52,701 bases of DNA from Thainema sp. (GCA_052168235.1 JBQLZK010000053.1:1-52701); one strand, 5' to 3'. Shown: positions 30,049 to 41,777, counted from the stretch's first letter. Translations and numbers: made by a program. The notes: generated from the sequence alone by a model not told the origin.

Positions 30049-33000
30049 TTAACTCCAGTTTTCCAACTCCTCACCCCAGTCTTGTACTAAGCTAGCCACC
30101 TGCTCTCGGCGTGTCTCAAAGGTTGCCGCGATCCAAATGAGCAGACTGCCTACCCCAATACCAATCAGCCACTTTACAAACGGATAGATGCTATTCAACA
30201 CAATTAGCTGATCGATTACCGTTAGCCCCAGGAACAGCGTGCCCGCATAGAGCCACGCCCGCGTTCGCAGTGCTAAGCCAGCAAATACCGCTAATAGGCT
30301 AGCAATGCCGAGGGGCAGGCCGCTCCAGGGTTCGTTGAAGAATGCAGTGATGAAGACAATGCCAATGCCAGCTAGCCGCAGGAGGTGGCGTATGATACGG
30401 CGACCGGGTGATTGTAGGGCCGGATCAATTTGAGCGACATAAATCAGCGAGAGTCCGACAGGCAAAACATAGGCCAGCGGATCGTCAATGGCAGCGCGAT
30501 CGCACTGTCGCCAAATCAGCCAGTCAATCAGCGCCACCGATAAGTAGGTCAGCCGGATGCGTTCCGCTTGGCGGGCCAGCAGGACATAGCTAGCGGCTGA
30601 GATCGCTAAACTAACCGAGTGAATTACCTCTGCCGTGGTGATCACCATGCCAACTGGAAAGAGCAGCGCAAAGCGTCGCCAGGGAGTTTCCGACCAGCCC
30701 CAGCGCCGCCAGCTACCGCTGTAGATCAGAATGGCCAGTACACCTGCGATCGCGCCTAGCCAAGGCTGAAGAATCCGCAGTTCGGGAGCCATCAGCCGAA
30801 TATCAACTCCGAGTCCCACTAGGGCAACCAGTCCGGCATAGACCCAGAGTTCATCCAGCGGTACTGTTGCATTGGCAGGATTGATGTCGTAATCTGCTCG
30901 ATGCACCAAACGGCCTTGTTCCAATGCATAGACGACCAGAGCTAGGCCAACTGCGATCGCAAGTCCACGCAGTTGAATGCCAGATTCCATCACAAATCCG
31001 GCGGACAGGATCATCAGCAGAATTCCGACCACCCAGTGCAGGTGCGCGAGCAACTGAATATCGACTCGCTCCATCGCCAGCCAGCGCGCCAAGCCCCGTT
31101 TCAGTAAGCGATACAGCCCCATGATGACCACTACCACTAACGCCAGAATCACCATGCCATCGGCAGGAGAACCGCCTTCAGCTAGAGAAAGCTGATAGAA
31201 CACCAACTCATACCAGCCCAGCGTCAGTCCAATCAGCGCTACCCACTTCAGCCAGCGGTAGTTTAACTGCCGTCCGACACCGACGCCAATTATGGCAGCG
31301 ACCACTGTGAGCCAACCCGTCCAGGCCGTGAAATCTTCTGACCTCAGTGCGATCGCAATCAGCGCAAACAGCAGCGGCGGCACAAAGCGCGATCGCGCTT
31401 GCACTCGCATTCCCTGTTGCCCGACAATAGAAAAAACAATAAATAGTACGCTGCCCAACACGCTATTTGCGATCGCTAAATCCAGTATGTCGCCGCCGCC
31501 AATATGCACCAGTCCCGCCAGCAGCAGTTCACCCGCCCAGCTCATCACGTAAGGCGAAACGCTCCACGTTTCCCGCCAGGTACGCCCAATGATCGCAACT
31601 AGCAGGATTAGAAACGCCGCCACATAAGTCAGCGAATCACCACGCTCACCCAGATACAGCCAAGCCGCATCGGCGGTTCCCATGAGCAATAGCACCCCGC
31701 TGAGGCCGATTGCCCAGAGGTCAACTGCGATTCCATAAACCTGTAGCTGTAGACCGACCGGACGTTCAGCCCAACGGATTGCCCAGCGCTGAACCGCAGC
31801 CCAGATCAGCCAGAAGAAACCAACTGCGATCGCACCCAACAATACCCAGATTGGCCGAGCCGTAATCTGATCCCACAGAACGCTGATACCAAAGGCTAAG
31901 CCAAAGCCCACCGTCAATCCAGCCGCCCAGCGGGAGGCCAACCAAACGGTGTTCATAATCATCAAGCCTGTGGCAAAGAGGAGAGACTGCGATCGCGTTT
32001 CGGGAAATTCAAACGTCAGTAGCGGCAGTAGAACAACGGCCAATGTGCTTGCCAATGCCCAGCGATGTCGATATTCTGGCCTTTCTCGCACAGCTAATGT
32101 CGTCAAACTAAAGGGAATCACGAGCCAGAGAAGTTGCCATTGGGGAGCTAAATCCGTCGCTAATAGCAATATCTCTCGCCGAACCCACAGTAATAGGTAA
32201 CTGATGATAGCTAATGCAGCACCAATTCCTCGGCTACTGCGTCGCCACTCCAAATAGTTGCGGCCTTGGCTCCAAATCCACTCAAGGATAGCTAGGCTCA
32301 AGTATAGGGCAATCCACTCTACCTCGGGTAGCTGCGGCTCAAGATAGTTCACCAAACTGATAATCGCTAGAACACCGACAATCTGGGTAGTGTAGATACC
32401 AAGCTGATAGGCAGCAGTTTGGCGCTGAGTGATGATGCCCAGGAGCAGCGTGGAAACAATTAAGTTGATGGCTAGAGTTAACGGATCAAGCAGGCTGATG
32501 AGCGTTAGTAGCCCGCCCAAACCAATCGCAAACCAATCAGCCACTGGAACCAAATGCTGATGCTGCCGCCGTTTTAGCCAGCGGCCTGCTCCGACAATTA
32601 GCGCGACGTATGGCAAGTAAACCACACCCAGCAGCGCAAAGGCATAGTCAACCTGCGTTAATTCAACTAGGGTGTCTCTGATGCTGATTTGAACTGGATC
32701 AGGAACGCACTGCCAGATTAGGATCGGCAGTTGTAAACCAATCAGCAGCAAGAAAATCAAATCCCGCCGTGCCCAAGTTAGGCGAAGCGATTGGACAACC
32801 AAGTGTAAGCCGAATCCGCTGATTACAACTGCTTGCCAAGGCAACTCTTCAACCGCCATACCCCAGGACAGCAAAAGGATTATGCCGCTGATCAAGCCCC
32901 AGAGCTGGATAGAGCTAGGTGATCGGGATGGAGGAGCAAGAGAGGCAGCAGATGAAATTGTATCTTCTTGCCCCCTTTCTTCCCCGCTCCCTCTCTCCCC

Positions 33001-34179
33001 TGCTCCCTCTCTCCCTCTCTCCCCTGCCTCCGCTACTGCTACCTTCAACACCTGCGTCTCATGCACCAGCCAGCCCAAACCCCAGCCCACAATGCCCAGT
33101 GCCAAGCTAATCTGCTGAATCTCTACCGCTTGAGTTGACAGAACGCGCAACACCAGTAAGCCCAAAGCATAGAGCAGGATCAGCGTGATCCGGTTCAGGG
33201 GTGAAACGGCGATCGGCGATGGTGCAGGCGGTTCTCGGTTAAGACTTGTGCTAGAAGTTGGTGATTGGCGAACCGTGCGAATGAGCGTCAACGTACCCGC
33301 GATCGCACCTCCGTAGACGGCCAACAGGGGAATACGCTCCACCTGCCAGCCCCACTGCAATAGGCAAAGCCCCAAAACGACGATAGTGCAGGCCAAAGGA
33401 GCCTGTAGCTTGTGTCGATACAGGTAAATCACCACAGCGGAAAGGATGACAGTTGCGATCTCAATTGTGCCAAGTCCCAGCACGCTCTGCCAAAGGTTGA
33501 GCTGATCCATTGCCCAGAAGTTGACGGGCACCAGCAGCAGCGTTAGAAACAACAGCGTGCGCGACGTGAGCTGCAAACTAGCCTGTCGGCTCGTCCAGTA
33601 GTAGCTGCCCCCAAGCACCAGCGTATAGGCCAGCAGGACGGCGTACTGACCCGCTGCACTAAACTGAGACCACTGACTAGCGGCGAGTAGAGCCGAAGAC
33701 AGCACCACCAGCACCACACCAATGCACAGCAGCCACACGACGCTCAGTTCAGCCATCAGGGACTGGGTAATCTGCGCCCAGCGGGGTGGTTGAATCGGCT
33801 GGATCTGCGATCGCGCCTGCTCTGCACCAGCATCTGAACCAGTTGATCCAGCAATCAGTTTCTGACGGCGACGGTCACGCCTGAAGCGTCGGGCGGATTG
33901 AGGATCTGGCTCATCGACAATAAATTGCCCACCGACTGTCGTTGCTGCCTCCAACTCCGCTGCGCTGAGCACTAAGACGTTATCGACATCCTCGACACTT
34001 GCCGCTTGAGCGATTGGCACAGGACAGGATAGCTGCGTAGCTGCCAGTTGCCGTAGCTCTGTCTCTGAGATCCAGCTCAGCTGAACCAAAGTATCCAGTC
34101 CAGCCAACAGCGATGGATCATCGGCTTCTACGGATAGTTCCAAACGAATCAGCGGGGAAGAGCCTGAGGAGAACGCCAT
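30049..34179 (-). CDS. Large polytopic membrane protein (DUF2157-like)
   Basis: Very many TM segments; ELSVVWLLCIGVVLVVLSS and C-terminal LLIWIAATFETRRE patterns. Confidence 0.8.
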   Translation of the reverse strand: MAFSSGSSPLIRLELSVEADDPSLLAGLDTLVQLSWISETELRQLAATQLSCPVPIAQAASVEDVDNVLVLSAAELEAATTVGGQFIVDEPDPQSARRFRRDRRRQKLIAGSTGSDAGAEQARSQIQPIQPPRWAQITQSLMAELSVVWLLCIGVVLVVLSSALLAASQWSQFSAAGQYAVLLAYTLVLGGSYYWTSRQASLQLTSRTLLFLTLLLVPVNFWAMDQLNLWQSVLGLGTIEIATVILSAVVIYLYRHKLQAPLACTIVVLGLCLLQWGWQVERIPLLAVYGGAIAGTLTLIRTVRQSPTSSTSLNREPPAPSPIAVSPLNRITLILLYALGLLVLRVLSTQAVEIQQISLALGIVGWGLGWLVHETQVLKVAVAEAGERGREGAGERGSGEERGQEDTISSAASLAPPSRSPSSIQLWGLISGIILLLSWGMAVEELPWQAVVISGFGLHLVVQSLRLTWARRDLIFLLLIGLQLPILIWQCVPDPVQISIRDTLVELTQVDYAFALLGVVYLPYVALIVGAGRWLKRRQHQHLVPVADWFAIGLGGLLTLISLLDPLTLAINLIVSTLLLGIITQRQTAAYQLGIYTTQIVGVLAIISLVNYLEPQLPEVEWIALYLSLAILEWIWSQGRNYLEWRRSSRGIGAALAIISYLLLWVRREILLLATDLAPQWQLLWLVIPFSLTTLAVRERPEYRHRWALASTLAVVLLPLLTFEFPETRSQSLLFATGLMIMNTVWLASRWAAGLTVGFGLAFGISVLWDQITARPIWVLLGAIAVGFFWLIWAAVQRWAIRWAERPVGLQLQVYGIAVDLWAIGLSGVLLLMGTADAAWLYLGERGDSLTYVAAFLILLVAIIGRTWRETWSVSPYVMSWAGELLLAGLVHIGGGDILDLAIANSVLGSVLFIVFSIVGQQGMRVQARSRFVPPLLFALIAIALRSEDFTAWTGWLTVVAAIIGVGVGRQLNYRWLKWVALIGLTLGWYELVFYQLSLAEGGSPADGMVILALVVVVIMGLYRLLKRGLARWLAMERVDIQLLAHLHWVVGILLMILSAGFVMESGIQLRGLAIAVGLALVVYALEQGRLVHRADYDINPANATVPLDELWVYAGLVALVGLGVDIRLMAPELRILQPWLGAIAGVLAILIYSGSWRRWGWSETPWRRFALLFPVGMVITTAEVIHSVSLAISAASYVLLARQAERIRLTYLSVALIDWLIWRQCDRAAIDDPLAYVLPVGLSLIYVAQIDPALQSPGRRIIRHLLRLAGIGIVFITAFFNEPWSGLPLGIASLLAVFAGLALRTRAWLYAGTLFLGLTVIDQLIVLNSIYPFVKWLIGIGVGSLLIWIAATFETRREQVASLVQDWGEELENWS

Positions 34180-34343
34180 AGGGCAATTATGTGACGAAAT
34201 ATGTCAGCAAATGGGAACATTGTGCCCCCAATCATGCCCTGATTTTCCTCTGACGGCTTATCTTATCTGTGCCAATTTAACAATTGTGTGGATTATCCCG
34301 CTCTGGTCAGTGCAGCTCTATAGCGCTAGCCAGTTCGGTAGTT

Positions 34344-36116
34344 CTACATTCGCTCCAGGGTTGGAATGCCCAGCAGCGAAAGCCCCAGCTTCAACGTTTT
34401 TGCCGTTAGGTGACAGAGCACCAAACGCGAGGTGCGCTGCGGTTCGTCAGCCTGAAGGACAGGACAGCGATCGTAGAACTGGTTAAACTTCTGGCTCAGC
34501 TCAAAGAGATACTGGCACAGGCGATTGGGCAGCAGTTCTTCTTCCACTAAGGCCAGCACCTCATCCAGTTGCAGCAAATGCCGCGCCAACGCAAACTCAG
34601 TTTCATCTTCTAGCTGAATCGGATAATCCTCTGGCAGCGCCGCAAAATCAATCTCGCCCTTGCGGCTAATGCTCTGAATTCGCGCATAGGCGTAAAGCAT
34701 ATAGGGCGCAGTGTTGCCCTGGAGCGCCAGCATTTTGTCATAGTCAAAAATGTAGTCCGTTGTCCGGTTTTGGCTGAGGTCAGCGTATTTAACCGCGCCG
34801 ATACCAACCGTTTCAGACACCTGCTCGATGAATTCTGGCGATTCTTGGCGTTCTTCAGCTTCGATCCGCTGCTGTAGATCCTGATGGGCATGTTCGACGG
34901 CTTCATCGATTAAATCCTTTAGCCGCACCGTATCGCCAGCACGGGTTTTGAACTTCTTGCCATCCTTACCGCGCACCAGACCAAACGGGACGTGAATCAG
35001 CTCAACGGATTCTGGCACCCAGCCTGCTTTTTGGGCCACTTGGAAAACTTGAGCAAAGTGATTGGCTTGACCTGCATCTACCACATAGATAATCCGCTCA
35101 GCACCGTCCTGCTGAGTCCGATAGCGAATGGCGGCCAAATCCGTCGTTGCATAGTTGTAGCCACCGTCCGACTTTTTGATAATCAGCGGCAGCGGATCGC
35201 CTTCCTTATTAGTAAACCCGTCCAGAAAAACGCACATCGCGCCCTGATCTTCTACCAGCAGTTCTTTCTGCTCTAGATCCTCGACAACATCAGCCAGCAG
35301 TGGGTTGTAGAACGATTCGCCCCGTTCCTGTAACTCAATGTCCAAACGGTCATAGATGTCCTGAAATGCCTTGCGGGACTGTTCACAGAGAATCTGCCAA
35401 GCCTGATTCGCTTCTTCGTCACCGGACTGGAGCTCAACCACTGCCTGCCGCGATCGCAACTGAAAATTTTCATCTTCGTCAAAGCGCTTCTTGGCTTCTT
35501 TGTAGAACGCAACCAAGTCACCAATGTCAACGGCTTCCGGTGATGTCAATGCCTGCGGGCACACGTCCCGCAAATGGGTGATCAACATACCGAACTGAGT
35601 GCCCCAGTCGCCGACGTGATTGAGCCGCAGAACATCGTGACCGACAAATTCCAGTGCTCGTGCGATCGCATCGCCGATAATCGTCGAGCGCAGGTGGCCG
35701 ACGTGCATTTCTTTAGCGATATTGGGGCTAGAGAAGTCTACGATTACCTTCTGCGGCTGCTTTGTGGGTGGAATGCCCAGACGTTCACTCTTGAGCAGAT
35801 TTTGCAGCTGGCTGACCAGATAGTCCGTCTTGAGCGTTAGATTAATAAACCCTGGCCCCGCAATTTCCGGCGGTTGGCAGCAGTCGCTGACATCGAGATT
35901 TTCGACAATCGCCTGAGCAATATCGCGTGGCTTTTGCTTCAGCGGTTTCGCTAATGACATGGCCACATTGGCCTGATAGTCACCAAATTTGGGATCTTTA
36001 GTGGGCACCAAAATCGGATCGGTTCCGGTCAGTTCATCGCCAAAGGCCGCAACGAGAGCTTGCTCAATCCGATTTTTCAGCAGCGCAAGGGTGGATAACA
36101 TAGAGCTTTGATTCAA
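34344..36116 (-). CDS. argS: Arginine--tRNA ligase
   Basis: [18 protein letters not shown] (HIGH motif), [29 protein letters not shown]-terminal LERM. Confidence 0.98.
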   Translation of the reverse strand: MNQSSMLSTLALLKNRIEQALVAAFGDELTGTDPILVPTKDPKFGDYQANVAMSLAKPLKQKPRDIAQAIVENLDVSDCCQPPEIAGPGFINLTLKTDYLVSQLQNLLKSERLGIPPTKQPQKVIVDFSSPNIAKEMHVGHLRSTIIGDAIARALEFVGHDVLRLNHVGDWGTQFGMLITHLRDVCPQALTSPEAVDIGDLVAFYKEAKKRFDEDENFQLRSRQAVVELQSGDEEANQAWQILCEQSRKAFQDIYDRLDIELQERGESFYNPLLADVVEDLEQKELLVEDQGAMCVFLDGFTNKEGDPLPLIIKKSDGGYNYATTDLAAIRYRTQQDGAERIIYVVDAGQANHFAQVFQVAQKAGWVPESVELIHVPFGLVRGKDGKKFKTRAGDTVRLKDLIDEAVEHAHQDLQQRIEAEERQESPEFIEQVSETVGIGAVKYADLSQNRTTDYIFDYDKMLALQGNTAPYMLYAYARIQSISRKGEIDFAALPEDYPIQLEDETEFALARHLLQLDEVLALVEEELLPNRLCQYLFELSQKFNQFYDRCPVLQADEPQRTSRLVLCHLTAKTLKLGLSLLGIPTLERM

Positions 36117-36188
36117 CAGGTCACTAGCAGAACACCGTCCATCATATTAAAACGTTGGTTAGACATCTTCCGCTACTAAAAACCAATA

Positions 36189-36737
36189 ATGAAGCTATCG
36201 AAACCGACTAAAGCCGATTTAGCTGCTGCCTATGGTCAAACGTTGCCAGATATCATTGCACCCAACTTAAACGTGTTGTTTTGCGGCATTAATCCCAGTG
36301 TATATAGCGTCGCGGTGGGTCATCATTTTGGTCGTCCCGGTAATCGCTTTTGGAAAAGTTTGCACGCCGCTGGCTTTACCGATCGGCTGTTGTCTCCAGC
36401 GGAAGACGGTGATTTACTCTCCTGGGGCTATGGGCTAACCAATGTGGCCGATCGCGCCACTGCCAGAGCCGATCAGCTTGATCTGCAAGATTTTCAGCAA
36501 GGCCGAAAAACGCTCACGGCCAAAGTCAAGCGCTATCAGCCAAAGTGCCTCGCCATTCTGGGCATCACCGCCTACCGCGCCGCCTTTGAACAGCCTAAAG
36601 CCGTCATGGGACAACAAGATGTAACCATCGGTGACACCATCATCTGGGTCTTACCCAATCCTAGCGGCCTCAATGCTCACTACCAACTTGACGACTTGAA
36701 ACGAGTATATGGAGAATTACGGCTAGCCATAGAGTGA
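36189..36737 (+). CDS. mug: G/U mismatch-specific DNA glycosylase
   Basis: GINP, HHF..PGNRFWK and LPNPSGLNAH motifs. Confidence 0.94.
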   Translation: MKLSKPTKADLAAAYGQTLPDIIAPNLNVLFCGINPSVYSVAVGHHFGRPGNRFWKSLHAAGFTDRLLSPAEDGDLLSWGYGLTNVADRATARADQLDLQDFQQGRKTLTAKVKRYQPKCLAILGITAYRAAFEQPKAVMGQQDVTIGDTIIWVLPNPSGLNAHYQLDDLKRVYGELRLAIE

Positions 36738-36746
36738 TATCAGTTC

Positions 36747-37223
36747 ATGAAAACCAACGCCGCTCGCCTCCTAGACACGCTCAGCATCGAATACGAAATC
36801 CTTGAATACGAAGTCGATCCGGATGATCTAGCCGCAGAAAGCGTGGCCGAGAAAGTGGGGCTACCGCCGGAGCAGGTATTTAAAACGCTAGTCGTGCGGG
36901 GCGATCGCAACGGAATTTGTTTCGCTGTCATTCCCAGCAACACGGAACTCGATTTGAAGGCATTAGCAAAAGCCACGGGCGATCGCAAAGTGGAAACCGT
37001 TTCACTCAAAGAAGTGCAGCCGCTGACGGGCTACATTCGTGGCGGCGTGACGGTACTGGGCGCAAAAAAGAACTATCCAGCTTATGTGGACGAAACGGTG
37101 TATTTATTCGACAAAATCGCCGTTTCCGTCGGTAAGCGAGGCGGCATGCTGTACCTGTCGCCGGATGATTATCTGCGGGCAACGGAGGCGAAGACAGGTG
37201 CGATCGCACGTGAAAAAGGGTAG
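36747..37223 (+). CDS. ybaK: Cys-tRNA(Pro) deacylase
   Basis: KTNAARLLD, VFKTLV, TGYIRGGVT and SVGKRG motifs. Confidence 0.94.
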   Translation: MKTNAARLLDTLSIEYEILEYEVDPDDLAAESVAEKVGLPPEQVFKTLVVRGDRNGICFAVIPSNTELDLKALAKATGDRKVETVSLKEVQPLTGYIRGGVTVLGAKKNYPAYVDETVYLFDKIAVSVGKRGGMLYLSPDDYLRATEAKTGAIAREKG

Positions 37224-37398
37224 CTTTACGTTTCTTGTTGCGCTCAATAACCTTTGCTAAAGCCATTCATCACAATTTGTGAGGAATTGAATGCGAACTT
37301 GATCCCGATTCGGTAACAAGACTCGGTAGAATACTTCAATAAGTCTGCTATTAGCCTGACTTATTAATCTGGCTTGCTGCATAGGGAAATATTCTGGC

Positions 37399-38235
37399 AT
37401 GGAAAAATTAGTTGAAGGGTTGTGGAAGTTTCAGCAGGGCTATTTTTCAGCGCACAAGGATATGTTCGAGGAGCTGTCCCAAGGGCAAAATCCTCGGATT
37501 TTATTCATTTGCTGTTCCGATTCGCGCATTGACCCCAACCTGATCACCAATGCCAATGTGGGCGAGCTGTTCGTCATCCGCAATGCAGGCAATATCATTC
37601 CGCCGTTTGGGGCGGCCAATGGTGGCGAAGGCGCAGCGGTTGAATATGCGCTACAGGCTTTAGACATTCGACACGTGATTGTGTGCGGCCATTCCCACTG
37701 CGGTGCCATGAAGGGTCTACTCAAGCGCAGCAGCCTGGAAGAAAAGATGCCACTGGTTTATCAGTGGCTGGAACATGCTGAAGCGACGCTGAAGCTGATT
37801 CGCGAAAACTATAGCGATCGCACTGGCGAAGATCTGCTGGATCTGACCATTGCTGAGAATGTGCTGACTCAAATTGAGAATCTTCGCACCTACCCGGTGG
37901 TGCGCTCCAAGATTCACCGGGGGCAACTGGCGCTACACGCCTGGATCTTCAGCATTGAAACAGGTGAGATTCTGTCCTACGACCCGCAGACTCATACCTT
38001 CACCTATCCCTTCAGCCAGATTGAAGAATATTCAGCGGATGAACGGCCTTACCGCGAGAAATTCTTAGTGTGGCAGAAGAATTTCACGACGCCATCGGGA
38101 CAAGCGAAAGAGGCAGAACGAGAAGCCGCTAAAGCGGCACAGAAAGCAATCACGCCGGAAGATGAAAAAGTTTTGCCCGGAATTAGTCGGTTGCCGCGTG
38201 AGCAGGCTCGGCGCATTTATCAGGGATCGTTTTAA
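37399..38235 (+). CDS. ccaA: Beta carbonic anhydrase, carboxysomal type
   Basis: CSDSR, RNAGN and GHSHCGAM motifs; C-terminal extension LPREQARRIYQGS typical of CcaA. Confidence 0.9.
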   Translation: MEKLVEGLWKFQQGYFSAHKDMFEELSQGQNPRILFICCSDSRIDPNLITNANVGELFVIRNAGNIIPPFGAANGGEGAAVEYALQALDIRHVIVCGHSHCGAMKGLLKRSSLEEKMPLVYQWLEHAEATLKLIRENYSDRTGEDLLDLTIAENVLTQIENLRTYPVVRSKIHRGQLALHAWIFSIETGEILSYDPQTHTFTYPFSQIEEYSADERPYREKFLVWQKNFTTPSGQAKEAEREAAKAAQKAITPEDEKVLPGISRLPREQARRIYQGSF

Positions 38236-38247
38236 GAACTTAACGTT

Positions 38248-38312
38248 AACCCAGACTATTGAGGGCTGAGAGGTAGGCAATGCTTGTCTTTCAGCCCTCA
38301 ATAGTCTGGGTT
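38248..38312. terminator. 22-bp inverted repeat after ccaA
   Basis: AACCCAGACTATTGAGGGCTGA...(21 nt)...TCAGCCCTCAATAGTCTGGGTT. Confidence 0.65.
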
Positions 38313-38532
38313 TCAAGATTTTACAGGCGATTCAAAGCGGTTCAAATTGAAACAAATTTACCGATGCAAAACAAAATACAAAACGAACGGATGGATATTT
38401 TGACGAATTTTTCGATAGGGTTGAGGAAAGATGAATCGGTTAGCGACCGTGCTGACGTATCGCAATGAGCAGAGGGATAACACCAAACATGATGGCTGGC
38501 AGAACACGACCGTTGGACTGTGACACCCAAGA

Positions 38533-40248
38533 TTGACATTACGCATGATTGCCCCGTCCTTTTCTGCGATCGCACAAGCTTCGTTTCCCCAACTGACAGG
38601 CTCAGAAATCCTCACACGCCTGTTTGCCGTCATTTTGCTGATTAGCATCAATGCGTTTTTCGTCACGGCAGAGTTTTCGATTGTGTCGGTGCGGCGAACT
38701 CGGATTAACCAGTTAGCTTTAGTTGGCGATGTGCAGGCCAAGACTGTCCAGGGTCTCCAGCAAAGCATCGATCGGCTGCTCTCGACTACGCAGCTCGGCA
38801 TTACCTTATCGAGTTTGGCGCTGGGCTGGATCGGCGAGAGCACAATGGCGGTGCTGATTCTGTACCTGATCGGCCAGCTGCCGCTGCCTCAAGCCACGCT
38901 GGAAGTCATGGCGCACTCGATTGCGCTGCCGCTAGCCTTTTTCATGATTGCCTATCTGCAAATTGTGTTGGGTGAGCTGTGTCCCAAGTCGGTAGCGCTG
39001 ATGTACTCCGAGCAGTTAGCCCGCTTTTTAGGGCCACCCAGCCTTGCGATCGCACGTTTTTTCAATCCGTTTATCTGGATTTTGAATCAGTCCACCCGCT
39101 GGCTGCTGCGACTGGCAGGCGTTCAATACACGGGGCAAAGCTGGTATACCCGCGTCACCCCGGAAGAACTGCAGTTGATCATCAGCACCTCCAGCGAGTC
39201 GATTGGTTTGGAAGCGGAAGAGCGGCAGTTGCTCAACAACGTGTTTGAGTTCGGCGAAGTCACCGCTGGCGAGGTGATGGTACCCCGGACGAGTATTATT
39301 GCGATCGCAAAAGACGCGACGTTTCAAGCGCTGCTGACGGAAGTGGCCACTTCAGGGCACTCTCGCTATCCCGTGATTGGTGAATCCTTTGATGATGTTT
39401 GCGGCATCATTCATTTCAAAGAGCTAGCAGAACCGTTGGCCAAAGGCGAACTCAATCCCGCAGTCAGGATCGAGACTTGGGTTCGTCCGGCTCGCTTTGT
39501 GCCAGAATATATGCCGCTAAATGAACTGCTGCACCTAATGCAGCGTTCAGGGCAGGCAATGGTGATGGTCGTGGACGAATTTGGCGGCACGGCGGGTTTA
39601 ATCACGCTCAAAGATGTTGTGGAAGAAATCATCGGCGATTCCTCGGAGCCGGAAAGCGATGAAGAACCGGTTGTGAAAGTGCTAGACGAGCGCACCTTCG
39701 TCGTGCAGGCTCAAATCGATATCGAAGAAGTCAATGATTTGCTGAACGTCGAATTACCGATCGCCGAAGACTATCAAACCCTAGGCGGTTTCTTGATCGA
39801 CCAAATGCAAAAAATCCCCAACGAAGGCGAAGCGCTGCACTACGGTTCGCTAGAATTAACCGTCATATCGGCGACCGGCCCCCGCCTAAACACTATTCAA
39901 ATCCAACGACAAGAAGAATCAGCCGATGACCTAGTGTTGGAGGCCGAACTATTGGATGACATTGCCTTAGCGGATGCTGTCGATCGTGAGCAGGACGAAC
40001 AAGAGGGCTTGTCTTCAAACACGATGCCTTCACCGCTGCACACCCATGCCTGGATTGATGACCCAGCAGAGCAGGCCAATGAGCGCTCAGCTGATCACGT
40101 GAATGATCGCTCCAGTGACTATCTAGACCATTTCAGTGAAGACTTCAACGACAACTCAACTGATCACCTGACTAATCACCGAACCAATCGGCCCAATCAG
40201 CCATCCACCGACAATCAGCCTGAATCTGCTAACGAAAATCTGTTTTAG
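38533..40248 (+). CDS. HlyC/CorC (CNNM-CBS) family transporter
   Basis: NAFFVTAEFS, QLGIT, GELCPK, VMVPRT, HSRYPV and VDEFGGTAG motifs. Confidence 0.94.
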   Translation: MTLRMIAPSFSAIAQASFPQLTGSEILTRLFAVILLISINAFFVTAEFSIVSVRRTRINQLALVGDVQAKTVQGLQQSIDRLLSTTQLGITLSSLALGWIGESTMAVLILYLIGQLPLPQATLEVMAHSIALPLAFFMIAYLQIVLGELCPKSVALMYSEQLARFLGPPSLAIARFFNPFIWILNQSTRWLLRLAGVQYTGQSWYTRVTPEELQLIISTSSESIGLEAEERQLLNNVFEFGEVTAGEVMVPRTSIIAIAKDATFQALLTEVATSGHSRYPVIGESFDDVCGIIHFKELAEPLAKGELNPAVRIETWVRPARFVPEYMPLNELLHLMQRSGQAMVMVVDEFGGTAGLITLKDVVEEIIGDSSEPESDEEPVVKVLDERTFVVQAQIDIEEVNDLLNVELPIAEDYQTLGGFLIDQMQKIPNEGEALHYGSLELTVISATGPRLNTIQIQRQEESADDLVLEAELLDDIALADAVDREQDEQEGLSSNTMPSPLHTHAWIDDPAEQANERSADHVNDRSSDYLDHFSEDFNDNSTDHLTNHRTNRPNQPSTDNQPESANENLF

Positions 40249-40391
40249 GAATTTCCTCGTCTGTCAATTGTCATTCAGGTTTTATACTTCTGTCATAGGT
40301 TTGTCAACTCGGCTGCTTATTCTAGGAAGCGTAGGGAAAAAGTGCAGGACAAAGACGCACTCTACCAATTCCATAGCCCCCTACTTACCTA

Positions 40392-41672
40392 GTGATTAAG
40401 CAACCGGACACACACATGACTAACGATATTCATTCCCGTAAGACAGCTGCTTGGAAAAAGCCTGTAACCTATCTGTCGTTGATGCTGATGGGGGCAGGCA
40501 TTGCTACGGCTGGCAGCATTGCCGCTAATGAATATAGCTCTGGCACCAATGTGGCTGTAGCTCAAGAAGCTGTTGAACCTGAAACGGCTGAACCTGGAAT
40601 TGAGGTGGCTCCTGCGCCCTCTACGAGTCAAGGATTAGGTGCGATCGCAGCCAGTGGTTCCAACTTTATTAGCGATGTCGTCGAGAAAACTGGCCCTGCG
40701 GTTGTACGAATCGATGCGACTCGCACGGTGCAGTCTCAGGTGCCTGAAGCTTTCAGTGATCCGTTTTTTGAGCGCTTCTTTGGCTCTCAGGTGCCCATGC
40801 CGCCCCAAGAACGAGTACAAAGCGGCGTCGGCTCCGGCTTTATCATCAGTGACGATGGTCATATCATCACGAACGCCCACGTCATCGATGGTGCAGATCG
40901 AGTGAGCGTCACGCTCAAAGATGGCCGCACGTTAGATGGCGAAGTATTAGGAACTGACCCGGTAACCGACGTGGCCGTGATCAAAGTCAACGGCGAAGAA
41001 AACCTGCCCATCGTTAAGTTGAGCAATTCCGACCAGCTTCGGCCCGGTGAATGGGCGATCGCAATTGGCAATCCCCTCGGTTTAGACAATACCGTCACTG
41101 TGGGGATCGTCAGCGCTACTGGGCGCTCCAGCGGTCAGGTCGGTGTACCGGATAAGCGAGTCGATTTCATTCAAACCGACACGGCCATCAACCCTGGTAA
41201 CTCTGGTGGCCCGCTGTTGAATGATCGCGGTGAAGTGATTGGCGTGAATACCGCCATCATCCAAGGCGCACAAGGCATTGGCTTTGCCATCCCAATCAAC
41301 GAAGCCAAGCAAATTGCTGAAGAACTAATCACCAATGGCACGGTTGAGCACGCTTACTTAGGTGTGCAAATGGTCACGCTCGATCCCCAGGTGAAGTCTG
41401 AGATCAACAGCAATCCCAACAGTAACCTGTCTGTTGATGAAGATGAAGGCGTTCTCATTGTGAAAGTAATGCCGAACTCGCCAGCCGCTAAAGCGGGTAT
41501 CCGCGCTGGCGACGTGATTCAGGGCATTGACGGTGAAGCGGTTGAAGATTCAGAATCGCTCCAGCAGTTGGTATCCGAGAAGCGAGTTGGCGATCAGTTA
41601 AATCTTGATGTTCGCCGCAACCAGCAAGATGTTGAGCTTTCGGCCCGGTTAGAGTCGATGCCGAACCAGTAG
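40392..41672 (+). CDS. HtrA/HhoA/HhoB family serine protease with a PDZ domain
   Basis: TNAHV, TDVAV and INPGNSGGPL triad motifs; start may be ATG 40416. Confidence 0.95.
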   Translation: MIKQPDTHMTNDIHSRKTAAWKKPVTYLSLMLMGAGIATAGSIAANEYSSGTNVAVAQEAVEPETAEPGIEVAPAPSTSQGLGAIAASGSNFISDVVEKTGPAVVRIDATRTVQSQVPEAFSDPFFERFFGSQVPMPPQERVQSGVGSGFIISDDGHIITNAHVIDGADRVSVTLKDGRTLDGEVLGTDPVTDVAVIKVNGEENLPIVKLSNSDQLRPGEWAIAIGNPLGLDNTVTVGIVSATGRSSGQVGVPDKRVDFIQTDTAINPGNSGGPLLNDRGEVIGVNTAIIQGAQGIGFAIPINEAKQIAEELITNGTVEHAYLGVQMVTLDPQVKSEINSNPNSNLSVDEDEGVLIVKVMPNSPAAKAGIRAGDVIQGIDGEAVEDSESLQQLVSEKRVGDQLNLDVRRNQQDVELSARLESMPNQ

Positions 41673-41752
41673 ACTCCTAACGTTTGAGGATTCCTCTAAA
41701 GCTCATTATCATTACCGTTTCATTCACTCTCTATCTGTGGAAAGTACCTTGC

Positions 41753-41777
41753 AGCGCCCGTTATAGGGCGCTTTTTT
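41753..41777 (+). terminator. Rho-independent terminator
   Basis: AGCGCCC-gttata-GGGCGCT followed by a T-tract. Confidence 0.75.

Noticed and set aside
37269..37283. TCACA-att-TGTGA upstream of ccaA as a CRP site
   Set aside because: Half-sites are in the wrong order and spacing for TGTGA-N6-TCACA.
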